This document shows, piece after piece, positions 32,680 to 34,223 of a stretch of DNA of 34,223 bases. The notes under the pieces were generated by a model. That model worked only from the letters and a program-made list of their open reading frames with translations, was not told the DNA's origin and ran no database searches. Made by a program: the position numbers and the translations under genes. The stretch is from Chiloscyllium plagiosum (Eukaryota). Where the stretch lies: positions 47,293,227 to 47,327,449 of the forward strand of contig NC_057719.1 in assembly GCF_004010195.1 (NCBI RefSeq), read 5' to 3'. Each line of letters starts with the position of its first letter. The first letter of the stretch is position 1.

Positions 32680-33878
32680 ATATTACTCCAGCAGTGATTT
32701 AAATTATGTCAATCATAACTCCCTGATCTTGTCTTCAAATCTGCAACTAATAAAGGCAAATATCAATCTGTCTTCTTAACTAACTTATCTACCTGTCCTG
32801 CTACCATCAGGGATCTGTGGACTTAGACTCAAATGTCCCTCTGATTCTCTGAAATTCCTAGGGTCCTACCATTCAACATGTACTCCCTTCCCTTGTTTGT
32901 TCTGCCAAAATGCATCACTTCATCTTTTTAGGATTAAATTCCAAATGCCACTATTCAGCCCATCTATATCATCCTGTAGCCTATTGCTTTCCTTGCTATT
33001 TACCACACAACCAATTTTTATGTCATCAGTACAGTTACTGATTATATCTTCTACAGACAATCTTGATTATTAATATACACTGCACATCCACATAGACTAC
33101 ATCATCTGCAATGCCTTCATCTAGTAACCTCCTTCAATAAAATTTGTTCGACATGATCTCCCCCTGACAAAACCGTGCTAACTATCCTTGCCTCTCCAGG
33201 TGGAGATTAATTATGTATATAAGATTTTTTTCCAATTGTTTCCCTACCACTAATTTTAGACTCACAGGACTATAGTTTCCTGATTGATCATCTTTCTTGA
33301 ATGATGGCACTGCATTAGCTGTTCTCCAGTTCTCTGGCGCCCCTGTGCCCAGGGGCGAGTTGAAATTTACTGTCAGAGCCCCTGCAATCATCTCCTTTGT
33401 CTCCCAAAGTAGCCTGTGATACATCTCATATGGGAGATCCGCCCACCCAGAGTGAAATCAACATGCATATCAAACTGAAGTAAAACAAATAACTTGCGAT
33501 GCTAAGGCAGACAAGCCAAATGCTGGAAAATGAGATTAGAATAGTTAGGAGATTTATCCACTTTCAAGCCTGCTAAAACCACTAACACCTTCTGTATCTC
33601 AATGTTAAGCTGTTCAAGGATATCACAATCCTTCTCCCTGATTTCTGTACCTACATCGTCCTCTTTATTGTGAATAATTGTAAAAACTGGCGGCTCCACC
33701 ACAAACTCCTGAGGGACTCCACTAATCATATCTTGCAAACAAAGACCCATTTAGGCACACTCCATACACTGTTTTCTCCCAGCCAAACAACCAATTTTTA
33801 TCTGTGCTGATTTGGTGCAGTTCACACCAACAGCTTATATTTTCCACAATGACCTATGATGTGGCACCTTATCAAATG
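32680..33878 (-). mobile_element. Old CR1 fragments
   Basis: ORF 33182..33424 (PENWRTANAVPSFKK...GNYSPVSL) and ISGVPQ in 33502..33750. Confidence 0.8.
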
Positions 33879-34223
33879 TGTGGGATATAGGTGAATTAAT
33901 GTTATTTCTGCAAATTATAAGTTCTGATACAGAGTAAATGAATTCACATTAGTCTGTGATTGTTTTCTCAGCTCGGAGCTGAGTTAGCAAAAATGGGAAT
34001 TACATAGAGGAAGTACGTTAGCATGAGACATGATTACAGAACAATGGTAGAAATACAGGCACTAGATAAAATGCTGTGAAAAGAGGCCTTTATAAACAGT
34101 AGGTTTCCCACTTGTACAGAGACACAGGAACAAACCCCAATTAAAAGGGCATAGTGATAAGATGCTGTGAGGGGCAGCGCAGATAGAGGGAGTAGATAAT
34201 GGTAAGCAAAGGATGGGATGACG

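Overview
Vertebrate genomic DNA, almost certainly elasmobranch (shark), inferred from HE1-type SINEs and HER1/CR1-type LINEs. There is one real protein-coding gene, and the ORF track misses it: a 7-exon glia maturation factor gene (GMF, ADF-H family) on the minus strand, CDS 30428->18713, 142 aa. It has a CpG-island promoter, an ATG-only first coding exon and a U12-type AT-AC intron 4. The protein is only about 68-70% identical to human GMFB/GMFG as I recall them, so it is a divergent GMFG-like or possibly a third paralog. The rest of the window is decayed retroelements. These include a multi-level nest at 2.1-8.6 kb (tRNA-headed LINE > CR1 > Gypsy > solo LTR plus Penelope), several Penelope-like hammerhead-ribozyme remnants, a 46-bp SINE tail with a perfect 74-bp duplication, and micro-inversions. 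There is a 688-N gap at 9527-10214. I see no evidence for a wholly new biological system; the best leads are the divergent GMF, its minor intron and the tRNA-headed LINE. All repeat family names and identity figures come from by-eye comparison with remembered consensus sequences, not database searches.
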